This document shows, piece after piece, positions 19,934 through 29,163 of a stretch of DNA of 64,000 nucleotides. The position numbers were made by a program, and so were the translations under genes. The stretch's first letter is position 1. Each line of letters starts with the position of its first letter. This stretch comes from an uncultured Eubacteriales bacterium (GTDB lineage Bacteria; Bacillota; Clostridia; Oscillospirales; Oscillospiraceae). Where the stretch lies: NCBI GenBank assembly GCA_900546485.1, contig URDK01000004.1:4589-68588 (forward strand), in the 5' to 3' direction. Under the pieces are notes generated by a model that had not been told where the DNA came from, ran no database searches, and was given only the letters and a program-made list of their open reading frames with translations.

Positions 19934-20655
19934 GCCGGTTTTCTCCAAAGAGTATAGATGTAGCCGTCGACGTTATTTCCTGATACCTGATAAGGCGCGT
20001 CGGGCAGCCCTAGCGCGTCGCGCGCTCCGGCGAAGCCGACCTCTGCCTCGTATATCTCACCACGGACCTCAAGGAGCCGCTCGGGGTAGGGGTAGGAGCG
20101 CAGATATTCGACGTATTCCTCCAGGCAAAGCCCCATATCGCACATTATCCGAGCGTGTGGGCGACCGACATAGCGGAAGTGCCAGGGCTCGGCGGCGATA
20201 CCTGTGATATCCTCTTTGCCGCTCTGATAGCGCTCGACGAAGCCGTAGTCCGCTGCGAGGGCGCGGAAACGGCCGCAGATGCCGTCATAGGGAAACTCGG
20301 GGCGGATGAAGTCAATGCTGTCCGCACGGAGCGCAAGGTCGATGGCAAGACCTGTCTGGTGTTCGCTGCAGCCAGGGAGGGCGACGTATTTGCGCGTGAA
20401 CTCCGCTCCGTTTTCGCGCATGGAGCCGTCCCAAATCTCCTGCTGCTCCTCTGCGGAGCGCCATCCGCTTACCGGGACTATCTCGCCAGCGGCCCCAAGC
20501 CGGGAAATGAGCCCGGAGAGCATCGCTGCCGCTCTGGTGTCGAGCAGTATGTCGCTGCCCGGGACCGCCGGGGCGAGGACAGGGCGCTCCATGTGCTGTA
20601 TCGGGTGCTCGGAATTCACGAGGATGAGCAGTCCGCTGTGTATCCCACCACGCAT
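19930..20655 (-). CDS. vanXY: VanXY-type D,D-dipeptidase/D,D-carboxypeptidase
   Basis: Zn motifs SEHQTGLAIDL and EPWHFRYVG. Colinear with VanXYc/VanXYG. 241 aa. Confidence 0.8.
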   Translation of the reverse strand: MRGGIHSGLLILVNSEHPIQHMERPVLAPAVPGSDILLDTRAAAMLSGLISRLGAAGEIVPVSGWRSAEEQQEIWDGSMRENGAEFTRKYVALPGCSEHQTGLAIDLALRADSIDFIRPEFPYDGICGRFRALAADYGFVERYQSGKEDITGIAAEPWHFRYVGRPHARIMCDMGLCLEEYVEYLRSYPYPERLLEVRGEIYEAEVGFAGARDALGLPDAPYQVSGNNVDGYIYTLWRKPA

Positions 20656-20658
20656 GGC

Positions 20659-21714
20659 TCAGCCCTCCATGCCGTAGGCTACAAGCTCGTCCAGCAGGGT
20701 GGGGAAGTCGTAGCCAATGCCGCGCATCATGTTGGGAAAACGGCTGTGCGACGTGAAACCGGGTATGGTGTTGACCTCGTTGAACACCAGCCGCCCGGAA
20801 GGCTCAAGGAACATGTCAACGCGTGCAAATCCCCGGCAGCCGAGGGCGCGGTAAATGCGCTTGGCCGTCTCCTGGATGCGCCGCTCCGTCTCCGCATCTA
20901 CGCGCGCGGGCATGTGGATCTTGGAGGTTATGAGGTTGTACTTTTCAACGTAGTCAAAGAGGTCTCCCTGTATCTCTATCTCGTCCGCACGGCCCGCGGT
21001 CAGCTTTTGATTCCCCATGACGGCGCAGCCGACCTCAAAGCCTGTAATGGCCTCCTCTATTATGACGTCGCGGTCAAACTTGAGCGCCTCTTTAACAGCG
21101 GAGCGGAGACTTGCGGCGTTTTCAACGCGCGTTATGCCGAAGGACGAACCTGCACGCACGGGCTTTACAAAGACCGGCATGGGCAGCTCCGATGTGAGCT
21201 TCTCGAGCTCGTCGGGTGAGGGCATGCCTGTGAAGGTAACGGACTTCGGGACGTCGACACCGGCCAGAGAAGCCAGCTTGTGCGCGCGGTCCTTGTCCAT
21301 GCAGAGTGCTGAGGCAAGAGTGCCGCAGCCAATGACGGGAATGCCCGCCAGCTCGCAGAGTCCCTGAACGGTGCCATCCTCACCAAAACGCCCGTGCAGC
21401 ACGGGGAAGGCGGCGTCGAGCCGTGTGGTGCGCACTCCGTTCATGCGAAACTCAACTATGCCGTGCAGGTCACGGTCTGGCGAAATGACGGCTGGGACAC
21501 ACTTGGAGCGGTCGGTGCTCCAGCTGTCATCCTCAAGCGCCTCGGCGCCGCCGTAGAAGCGGAACCACTCGCCGCCTTTGGTGATGCCGAGCAGTATGAG
21601 CTCGTATTTGTCACGGTCCAGATTTGCGATGACTGAGTGCGCAGACTCCAGCGAAACCGGGTACTCAGGCGAGCAGCCGCCGAAAATTACCGCGATTTTA
21701 AGTTTCCTGTCCAT
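20659..21714 (-). CDS. vanG: D-alanine--D-serine ligase (VanG/VanC type)
   Basis: ATP-grasp Ddl fold. The DKDRAHKLASLAGVDVPKSVTF segment is near-identical to VanG. 351 aa. Confidence 0.8.
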   Translation of the reverse strand: MDRKLKIAVIFGGCSPEYPVSLESAHSVIANLDRDKYELILLGITKGGEWFRFYGGAEALEDDSWSTDRSKCVPAVISPDRDLHGIVEFRMNGVRTTRLDAAFPVLHGRFGEDGTVQGLCELAGIPVIGCGTLASALCMDKDRAHKLASLAGVDVPKSVTFTGMPSPDELEKLTSELPMPVFVKPVRAGSSFGITRVENAASLRSAVKEALKFDRDVIIEEAITGFEVGCAVMGNQKLTAGRADEIEIQGDLFDYVEKYNLITSKIHMPARVDAETERRIQETAKRIYRALGCRGFARVDMFLEPSGRLVFNEVNTIPGFTSHSRFPNMMRGIGYDFPTLLDELVAYGMEG

Positions 21715-21730
21715 ATATTAAGCCTCCTTG

Positions 21731-21783
21731 GTAAATAAAAAGCTCCGGGTTCTGACAGGTCATATCCTAGCAGAACCCGGAGC
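21731..21783 (-). terminator. Terminator/attenuator hairpin between vanS and the ligase gene
   Basis: Perfect 13-bp inverted repeat GCTCCGGGTTCTG...CAGAACCCGGAGC followed on the minus strand by TTTTTATTTACC. Confidence 0.55.
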
Positions 21784-21835
21784 GGAGTTTATCCGCAGGG
21801 GCTTTTGAAAAGCATGTGATTTTCAAATGAAATTC

Positions 21836-22945
21836 TTACGATTTTCTGACGTCGCCCAGGGGCAGGGTCACGCTGAATATGATCCTGTTGTCCACGCTCT
21901 GGGCGCTGATGCTGCCGCCGTGGAGCTCTACAATTTCCTTGGCGATGGCCAGTCCGAGCCCAGAGCCGCCGGTGCGGCTCCTTCGCGCGGAGTCCAGGCG
22001 GTAGAATTGCTCAAAGAGCCTGTCAAGCTGCGCGGCGGGAATGGTGTCACCGTGATTTATAACGGTGATATTGGCGTGGTCGCCCTCAATCGCAAGACTT
22101 ATACGTATTTCAGTGTTCTCATAGCTGTAATTGATGGCGTTGCGCAGGAGGTTGTCAAAGACTCGCTGGAGCTTGTCCGGGTCGCAGCTTATCATGGTCC
22201 CTGCGGGAGCGTTCACCGTGCAGGAGAGGCCGCGCTCGCGCAGCATGGGCGCAAATTCGTCGGCTATCTGCTCAAGCATCAGACTGAGGTTCACACTGCG
22301 GCGGTCGAGTGTCACGCTGGTGAGAGAAAAGCGCGTGATGTCAAAGAATTCGTTGATGAGGTCTTCCAGCCGCTCTGCCTTATCGAGTGCAATGCCGGTA
22401 TACTTGGCACGCTGGGCCTCAGGCAGGTCCTGTTCGTCCTGCAAAAGGCTGAGGTAGCCGATGACGGAGGCCAGAGGCGTCTTGAGGTCGTGAGCGAGGT
22501 ATACGACGAGGTCGTTTTTGCGCTTTTCCGCGTCCTCGGCTGCCCGGCGGGAGGCGAGCATGTCGCTCTTTATCTGGTTCATCTGGTTTTCAATGTCGTG
22601 CAGCGCGGCGGGGAGGACCACAGGGCCGTCACCGCCCTTGTATATCTGTTCAGTAGCGCGCACCACATCGCCGAGATAGCCCAGCGTCTTGCCCCAGTAT
22701 ATAAGGAAGATCACGATATAGCCGCAAACCAGGAAAATGGTCATGAAAAAGACCACGTTGTCGCGCACCATGATGAGCAGTTCGTATATGAGCCCGCCGT
22801 TCCACGGTATGGCATAGCAGACGAACATGCCGACGAAGAGCGCGACGATGCTGCCGATCGTGAACAGCACGCAGGCGACGACAAAGCGCGTCAGCACGCC
22901 GAGCGTCAGCGTTCTGCGGTACGCAGCTTTCTTTTCCTTATTCAA
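21836..22945 (-). CDS. vanS: VanS-type sensor histidine kinase
   Basis: Two TM helices, then HAMP, an H-box HDLKTPLASV and an ATPase domain. It overlaps vanR by 8 nt. Confidence 0.8.
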   Translation of the reverse strand: MNKEKKAAYRRTLTLGVLTRFVVACVLFTIGSIVALFVGMFVCYAIPWNGGLIYELLIMVRDNVVFFMTIFLVCGYIVIFLIYWGKTLGYLGDVVRATEQIYKGGDGPVVLPAALHDIENQMNQIKSDMLASRRAAEDAEKRKNDLVVYLAHDLKTPLASVIGYLSLLQDEQDLPEAQRAKYTGIALDKAERLEDLINEFFDITRFSLTSVTLDRRSVNLSLMLEQIADEFAPMLRERGLSCTVNAPAGTMISCDPDKLQRVFDNLLRNAINYSYENTEIRISLAIEGDHANITVINHGDTIPAAQLDRLFEQFYRLDSARRSRTGGSGLGLAIAKEIVELHGGSISAQSVDNRIIFSVTLPLGDVRKS

Positions 22946-23639
22946 CCTGATACCCCACTCCCCAGATGGTCTTTATGAAGCGCGGCTTGCGCGGCGGCTC
23001 GCCCAGCTTCTCGCGCAGACGGCCGATGTGCGCCATGACGGTGTTGTTATTGTCCAGAAACTTCTCGCCCCAGACGGCCTCAAAGAGCTCCTCCGAGGAC
23101 ACGACCTTGCCCTGATTCTCGCAGAGGTACCAGAGTATCGAGAATTCGATGGGCGTGAGCTGTACGGCCTTGCCGTAGAGCGTGCATTTGTGCGTCTCGC
23201 GGTTTATGACGAGGCCGCGGATGTCACGTTCAGCCTCGGTCGGCTTCTGATTCGCGGCATCGGCCTGGTTGTAGCGCGTGTAGCGCCGGAGCTGGGTCTT
23301 TACGCGGGCCGTGAGCTCCAGCGGGTTGAAGGGCTTGGTGATGTAGTCGTCCGCGCCGATCGTAAGGCCCATTATCTTGTCTATGTCCTCGACCTTGGCC
23401 GTGAGCATGATGATGGGCCAGAAATGCTCCTCGCGTATCCTTGCGCAGAGCGTGAAGCCGTCTATATCCGGAAGCATGACGTCAAGTATCGCGAGGTCAA
23501 GCTCCTCAGTGTTCACGCAGCCCAGGGCATCGCGTCCGTTATAGAACTTGCGGACTGCAAATCCCTCGTTTTTAAGGTATAGCTCCACGAGGTCAGCAAT
23601 TTCAACCTCGTCGTCGACCACCAGCACGGTTTGTCCCAT
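22938..23639 (-). CDS. vanR: VanR-type OmpR-family response regulator
   Basis: VLVVDDEVEIADLVELYL receiver domain and a winged helix. Start at the ATG with a GGAGG RBS. Confidence 0.8.
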   Translation of the reverse strand: MGQTVLVVDDEVEIADLVELYLKNEGFAVRKFYNGRDALGCVNTEELDLAILDVMLPDIDGFTLCARIREEHFWPIIMLTAKVEDIDKIMGLTIGADDYITKPFNPLELTARVKTQLRRYTRYNQADAANQKPTEAERDIRGLVINRETHKCTLYGKAVQLTPIEFSILWYLCENQGKVVSSEELFEAVWGEKFLDNNNTVMAHIGRLREKLGEPPRKPRFIKTIWGVGYQVE

Positions 23640-23709
23640 AAGTGCCTCCGTAATAAGCTGTTTAAGACAGTTTAGCACAAGGCGGAGCGCGTTTCAACGC
23701 CATTTGTGG

Positions 23710-23738
23710 TTGCAAGGGGCGGGTATAGGTATTATAAT
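23710..23738 (+). promoter_or_regulatory. Sigma-A-type promoter of the aminotransferase gene, in the region divergent from vanR
   Basis: TTGCAA - 17 nt - TATAAT. Confidence 0.5.
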
Positions 23739-23771
23739 GTAGTATATTTTTTAGGGAAGGTACGTCGTGAG

Positions 23772-24962
23772 ATGAAAGAGCTTTCAAAACTTGCAAAAAA
23801 TGTGAACCCTTCGACGACACTGGCCATTGATGCCATGGCAAAGCAGATGCGCGCCGATGGCCTCGACGTTATCGGCTTCGGCGCCGGCGAGCCGGATTTT
23901 GAAACTCCGGTCAATATCCAGGACGTGGGCGTAGATGCGATAAGAAAGGGCAAAACCAAATACACCCCCGCCGCCGGCATCGTGGAGCTGCGCAAGGCTG
24001 CCGCCGCACGTCTCAAGGCGGATTGCGGGCTTGACTATGACTACACTCAGATAGTTGTGGCCAGTGGAGCCAAACACAACGTTTACATCGCCCTCGCCGT
24101 GCTGATAAATCCCGGGGACGAGGTCATTGTTCCCGCTCCGTACTGGGTCAGCTACTGTGAGATGATCTCCATGCTGGGCGGCACCCCGGTTCCCGTGCTC
24201 GCGGAGGAGAGCCAGCACTTTAAGATCACCCCGGCCCAGCTCGAGGCCGCCATTACAGACAAGACCAAGGCCATCATGCTCAACAACCCCTCCAACCCGA
24301 CCGGCATGTTCTACACCAGGCCTGAGCTTGAGGCGCTGGCTGAGGTCTGCGTGAAACACGATCTCTACATCATAGCTGATGAGATATACTACAAGCTCCT
24401 CTACGATGGACTGGAGTTTACCAGCATTGCCTCACTCAGCGATGAGGTCAAGGAGCACACCATACTCATAAACGGCGTGTCCAAGTCCTACGCCATGACC
24501 GGCTGGAGAATAGGCTACGCCGCGGCGAACAAGGAGCTCGCCAAGGTCATGTCCAACTACCTGAGCCACTCCACCGGCGCCCCCTCCACCATCAGCCAGT
24601 GGGCAGCGGTCGAAGCGCTGAGCGGCCCGCAGGACACCATTGAGGACATGCGCAAGGTGTTTGAGGAGCGCCGCAACTACCTGGTCTCGCGGCTCAACAG
24701 CATACCCGGCGTGAGCTGCATCACGCCCAACGGCGCGTTCTACGTCATGATGAACATAGAGAAGCTCATTGGCCGAACCCTTGGCGGCAAGCTCATCGAA
24801 AACGACGATGACTTTGGCGTGGCCTTCCTCGAAAAGGGCCTTGTCGCCGTCGTGCCCTGCTCCGGCTTCGGCATAAAGAATTTCGTCCGTTGGACCTATG
24901 CCACTTCGATGGAGAATATCAAAGAGGGTCTCGACAGACTGGAAAAGTTCCTGGCCGAGTAG
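23772..24962 (+). CDS. Class I pyridoxal-phosphate aminotransferase (aspartate aminotransferase-like)
   Basis: PLP-lysine context SKSYAMTGWRIGY. 396 aa. Confidence 0.8.
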   Translation: MKELSKLAKNVNPSTTLAIDAMAKQMRADGLDVIGFGAGEPDFETPVNIQDVGVDAIRKGKTKYTPAAGIVELRKAAAARLKADCGLDYDYTQIVVASGAKHNVYIALAVLINPGDEVIVPAPYWVSYCEMISMLGGTPVPVLAEESQHFKITPAQLEAAITDKTKAIMLNNPSNPTGMFYTRPELEALAEVCVKHDLYIIADEIYYKLLYDGLEFTSIASLSDEVKEHTILINGVSKSYAMTGWRIGYAAANKELAKVMSNYLSHSTGAPSTISQWAAVEALSGPQDTIEDMRKVFEERRNYLVSRLNSIPGVSCITPNGAFYVMMNIEKLIGRTLGGKLIENDDDFGVAFLEKGLVAVVPCSGFGIKNFVRWTYATSMENIKEGLDRLEKFLAE

Positions 24963-25009
24963 TTAAAAGAGCCCGTCCCGCATAGAGTTTGAGGGAGGGG
25001 TGATGAGCA

Positions 25010-25741
25010 ATGGCGATTTCTATAAGGCTGAAGGACGTGCTTCCGCTGCTTCTGGCTCTGGTGTTGGTGGTGCTCTGCTTTGCACTGCCGCCCATCTACG
25101 CCGATGAGACGGAGCCGGTCACGGCTGAAGCGGAGACGACCCGTGTACTGATAATCGACGCAGGCCACGGCGGGGAGGACGGCGGAGCGACAACGGCCGA
25201 GGGCGTGCCGGAGAGCGGCATAAACCTTGCCATTGCGCAAAAGCTGGAGGCCCTCGCCGGCCTCTGCGGCGTTGAGAGCGTGATGACGCGGGAAAGCCAG
25301 GAGATCGACTATCCCGACAGCGCCTCCACGACCGCCCAGCGCAAGCAATCCGATCAGAAGGCGCGCATTGAGCTCATCAATTCTCAAAGCGACGCGGTGC
25401 TCATAAGCATTCACCAGAATTTCTTCCCGAATGCCAAACCATCCGGCTGTCAGGTGCTTTACGGCAAGCCGGACGGCAGCCGGGAGCTGGGCGAACTGAC
25501 ACACAGAAACCTCACAGAGGCGCTGTGCCCCACGAGCCGCCGCGTTGCCGCGCCGATTTCGGAGGACATATACCTCATGCGCTCGGCCAAGTGTACGTCC
25601 ATACTCGTCGAGTGCGGCTTTCTCTCCAACCCGAGCGAAGCGGCACTGCTGCAAACCGAGAGCTATCAGCTGAAAATATCGGCCCTGCTTATGGCGTCCT
25701 ATCTGCAATATGAGGCGGGGTCAGACGGAATGGTGTTATGA
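25010..25741 (+). CDS. cwlD: N-acetylmuramoyl-L-alanine amidase, CwlD-like (germination-specific, amidase_3)
   Basis: Signal/TM anchor, then IDAGHGGEDGGA and later zinc ligands. 243 aa. Confidence 0.7.
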   Translation: MAISIRLKDVLPLLLALVLVVLCFALPPIYADETEPVTAEAETTRVLIIDAGHGGEDGGATTAEGVPESGINLAIAQKLEALAGLCGVESVMTRESQEIDYPDSASTTAQRKQSDQKARIELINSQSDAVLISIHQNFFPNAKPSGCQVLYGKPDGSRELGELTHRNLTEALCPTSRRVAAPISEDIYLMRSAKCTSILVECGFLSNPSEAALLQTESYQLKISALLMASYLQYEAGSDGMVL

Positions 25742-27099
25742 AACAAAAGACAGTATTCTACTGCACAGAGTGCGGCAATGAGACGGCAAAGTGGTCGGGT
25801 CAGTGCCCCGCCTGCGGAGCCTGGAACACGCTGACCGAGGCACCGGTGCAGACCAAGTCCGGCAAGGCCGCCTCAGCGGCCTCGAGGCACAGCAGCGGCA
25901 AGCCCAAGCTGCTCTCGGAGCTGGATACGCAGGAGGAGATAAGGTTCACCACCGGTGTCGGCGAGCTGGACCGCGTGCTCGGCGGCGGAGCCGTCCGCGG
26001 CTCCGTTGTGCTTGTAGGCGGCGCGCCGGGCGTCGGTAAGTCCACGCTGCTCTTGCAGCTATGCGGCCTCATTGGAAAGAGCGAGCGCGTGCTCTATGTC
26101 ACAGGCGAGGAGAGCCGCCGCCAGCTCAAGATGCGTGCCCAGCGCCTCGGCGTCTCGGAGGGCGAGATCTACGTCCTCGCAGAGACGCAGCTCGCGGAGA
26201 TAGAGTCCCAGATTGAGGACTTACAGCCCACCGTGGTCATCGTGGACTCCATTCAGACCATGTTTGACACCGAGATTGCCGCCGCGCCCGGCAGCATCAG
26301 CCAGGTGCGCGAGTGCACGATGTCCATCATGCGCCTCGCCAAGGCCGACGGCTTCACGGCGTTTGTCGTCGGCCACATCAATAAGGAGGGCAACATCGCG
26401 GGACCCAAGGTGCTCGAGCACATGGTCGACTGCGTCCTCTACTTCGAGGGCGAGCAGAGTCTGAGCTATCGCATCCTCCGCGCGGCGAAGAACCGCTTCG
26501 GCTCTACTAACGAGATAGGCGTCTTTGAGATGGCCGATACCGGGCTTCGCGAGGTACCAAACCCCTCGGAGACTATGCTTTCCGGCCGTCCGCTGGACAC
26601 GCCGGGCACCTGCGTGACCTGCGTGATGGAGGGCACGCGCCCCATACTGGCCGAGATACAGGCCCTCGTGGCCCAGTCCGGCTACGGCAATCCCCGCCGC
26701 AACTCAAACGGCATCGACTATAATCGCGCGATGCTGCTGCTGGCCGTGCTGGAAAAGCGCGGCGGAATGAGTGTTGCGGGTTGTGACGCGTATATAAACG
26801 TCGTCGGCGGCCTGCAATTGGACGAGACCGCTGCGGACCTTGCCACGCTGTTGGCTGTGGCATCAAGTTGGAAGGACGTGGCCATAGGCTCCGACCTTGC
26901 CGCTGTGGGCGAAGTTGGACTTTCAGGCGAGGTTCGTTCTGTGACCCAGCTGGGCCACCGTCTCTCCGAGATCGCCCGCCTCGGCTTCAAGCGCTGCATT
27001 ATCCCCGCCCACGTCAAGGGCGAGTTGCCGAAGCCGAAGGGGCTCGAGCTTATAAGCGTCAAAAACGTCCGCGAGGCCATCCGGGAGGCGCTCGGATGA
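25738..27099 (+). CDS. radA: DNA repair protein RadA/Sms
   Basis: N-terminal C4 zinc finger (CTECG...CPACG), Walker A GAPGVGKST, a KNRFG motif and a Lon-like C-terminus. Confidence 0.9.
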   Translation: MKQKTVFYCTECGNETAKWSGQCPACGAWNTLTEAPVQTKSGKAASAASRHSSGKPKLLSELDTQEEIRFTTGVGELDRVLGGGAVRGSVVLVGGAPGVGKSTLLLQLCGLIGKSERVLYVTGEESRRQLKMRAQRLGVSEGEIYVLAETQLAEIESQIEDLQPTVVIVDSIQTMFDTEIAAAPGSISQVRECTMSIMRLAKADGFTAFVVGHINKEGNIAGPKVLEHMVDCVLYFEGEQSLSYRILRAAKNRFGSTNEIGVFEMADTGLREVPNPSETMLSGRPLDTPGTCVTCVMEGTRPILAEIQALVAQSGYGNPRRNSNGIDYNRAMLLLAVLEKRGGMSVAGCDAYINVVGGLQLDETAADLATLLAVASSWKDVAIGSDLAAVGEVGLSGEVRSVTQLGHRLSEIARLGFKRCIIPAHVKGELPKPKGLELISVKNVREAIREALG

Positions 27100-27845
27100 G
27101 CGCACGGCTGATAAAAACGCCCCACCTGCCGCAAGGCAAGGTGGGGCTGGCCGCGTTCGGGGCAAAGTACCGCGAAAGCCTCGAAGAGCCGCTGCAAAAC
27201 CTTGGCATAACCCCGCTCTGGCTGCCGGATAACGAGGCCGTCGACCCGCGCCTTTCAGGCCATGCTGATTTGATGCTGCTGCACCTAGGCGGCAACCGCG
27301 TCGTGACAAGCTGCGGCGGCGAGATACCGCAGGTGCTTAGCGCCCTCGGCTTTGAGGTCATCCGCGCGGCGGAGCAGGGGAGGGAATACCCAGCCGATGC
27401 CCGGCTCTGCGCCTGCGTGGTCGGTGTGCGCTGCATCCACAACTTCAAAATCAGCGACCCTGCCATCTCAGGTTTCGAGCGAGTGGACGTACGCCAGGGT
27501 TACGCCAAATGCTGTACCTGCGTCGTGGATGAGGGCTCGATCATCACATCCGACGCCGGAATAGCAAAGGCCGCAGCCCGGCACGGTATGGACGTGCTCG
27601 GGATACGGCCCGGATTTATTGAGCTCGAGGGCTTTGACACCGGATTCATAGGCGGAGCGGCGTTCAGGATATCGGAGCGCGCTCTCGCCTTCACCGGACA
27701 GCTGGACAACCACCCCGACAAAGCGAAAATTGAGGCTTACCTCCGCTCACGCGGCATAGAACCCGTATATCTGACGGAGCGACCGGCTTTTGATATTGGC
27801 TCGGCCGTGCTGCTCACCGAGGCGGAAGCGATATCTTCCCCATGA
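27096..27845 (+). CDS. Hypothetical protein translationally coupled to radA (ATGA overlap), function unknown
   Basis: 249 aa, with conserved-looking GHADLMLLHLGG and a Cys pair (KCCTC). It is not DisA. Confidence 0.5.
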   Translation: MSARLIKTPHLPQGKVGLAAFGAKYRESLEEPLQNLGITPLWLPDNEAVDPRLSGHADLMLLHLGGNRVVTSCGGEIPQVLSALGFEVIRAAEQGREYPADARLCACVVGVRCIHNFKISDPAISGFERVDVRQGYAKCCTCVVDEGSIITSDAGIAKAAARHGMDVLGIRPGFIELEGFDTGFIGGAAFRISERALAFTGQLDNHPDKAKIEAYLRSRGIEPVYLTERPAFDIGSAVLLTEAEAISSP

Positions 27846-29013
27846 CCGAAGCGTTTGTCGCCCCTGTGACACCCGGCAGGCTGTTCGGAAGCCCCGCAAG
27901 GCAGCGGTCTCCTAGTATGGCAAAGGCCACGGCCTCTTTTGCGTCGCTGCTGAATCCCAGATCCTCCTGAGTTTTGACCTCAACACCGAAGCGCTCAAAG
28001 CGCGCGGCGAGGCGGCCCAGGAGGGTTTTGTTATAACTGCCACCGCCGCCGACAAGCAGCTCGGAGGCTTTGTATTTCGGCAGTACATAGCGCTCGTAAG
28101 CGTCGGCTATCGACCAGGCCGTCAGCTCCGTGGCAGTAGCGGCGAGGTCCTCCCAGCTGAGTCCGTGCTCACGCCCCCAGGAGAAGATGCGCTCTGCGTA
28201 CTGTGTCCCAAAAAGCTCGCGGCCCGTAGACTTGGGCAGGGGGAGAGTGTAATAGGACTCCGCGCGGAGCTGAGCCAGCAGCCGCTCGTCAACGTGGCCG
28301 CGCGCGGCCATGGCCCCGCCCCTGTCATAGCGCTCGCGTCCCTCGGTGGCTGCGGAGACAACGGCGTCAATGAGCATATTTCCCGGCCCGGTGTCGAAGG
28401 CGTAAACATCCTCCGGCGCACAGCCGGCGGGCAGGACGGTCATGTTGCCGATGCCGCCTATATTCTGCAAAAGCCGCGTGCGCTCTGTGCTTCTATATAA
28501 CAGATACTCCGTAAACGGCACCAACGGCGCGCCCTGACCACCTGCCGCGAGGTCAGCGACACGGAAATCCGAGACCGTCACCAGCCCGGTCCGCTGTGCT
28601 ATGACTGCGCCCTCACCGATCTGTACCGTGCAGCGGGCGCTCTGGCCGCAGAACTGAACCTCATCAGGAGAATGCCAGATCGTCTGGCCGTGTGAGGCCA
28701 CAGCGTCAACCTCGGACGGGCTGAGCCCAGCTGCTCTGATGACAGAGAGCGCCGCTTCGGCATACAGTTCGCCAAGAACATAAGACATCCGTCCAAGTTT
28801 GTCGACCGTTGCTTTTACCGGGTCAAAGAGCTCAAAGATACCGGAACGCACGGCATCCGGGAAAGGGCGGTCCTCAAAGGCCAGCAGCCGCACCGAAGGA
28901 GCATCCTGCTCGCCGGAGAGCTCCACAAGAGCTGCGTCAATACCATCCACCGAGGTGCCGGACATCAAACCAACGATGCGGCGCACCGGTTTTTCTGCAA
29001 TATCTCTCAGCAT
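27814..29013 (-). CDS. anmK: Anhydro-N-acetylmuramic acid kinase
   Basis: VGLMSGTSVDGIDAALV N-terminus, an ASKHD-fold kinase. Start at the ATG with a GAGGTG RBS. Confidence 0.85.
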   Translation of the reverse strand: MLRDIAEKPVRRIVGLMSGTSVDGIDAALVELSGEQDAPSVRLLAFEDRPFPDAVRSGIFELFDPVKATVDKLGRMSYVLGELYAEAALSVIRAAGLSPSEVDAVASHGQTIWHSPDEVQFCGQSARCTVQIGEGAVIAQRTGLVTVSDFRVADLAAGGQGAPLVPFTEYLLYRSTERTRLLQNIGGIGNMTVLPAGCAPEDVYAFDTGPGNMLIDAVVSAATEGRERYDRGGAMAARGHVDERLLAQLRAESYYTLPLPKSTGRELFGTQYAERIFSWGREHGLSWEDLAATATELTAWSIADAYERYVLPKYKASELLVGGGGSYNKTLLGRLAARFERFGVEVKTQEDLGFSSDAKEAVAFAILGDRCLAGLPNSLPGVTGATNASVMGKISLPPR

Positions 29014-29163
29014 TTTTCTCACCTCTTGCCGTAGTGTCCAAAAAACATGCCCAATTAATTACACTTATGCACAGTTGCGCGGAAAAACAAGGCGTGATAT
29101 AATGTTACCAAATCAGCCGAAACAATGATACAATATTTCTTACCAAAAGAAAAGGGGTATTTT

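Noticed and set aside
26868-27095. 5' extension of the post-radA ORF overlapping radA
   Set aside because: The extension runs in another frame through the radA coding sequence. An ATG overlapping the radA stop (ATGA) is the natural start.
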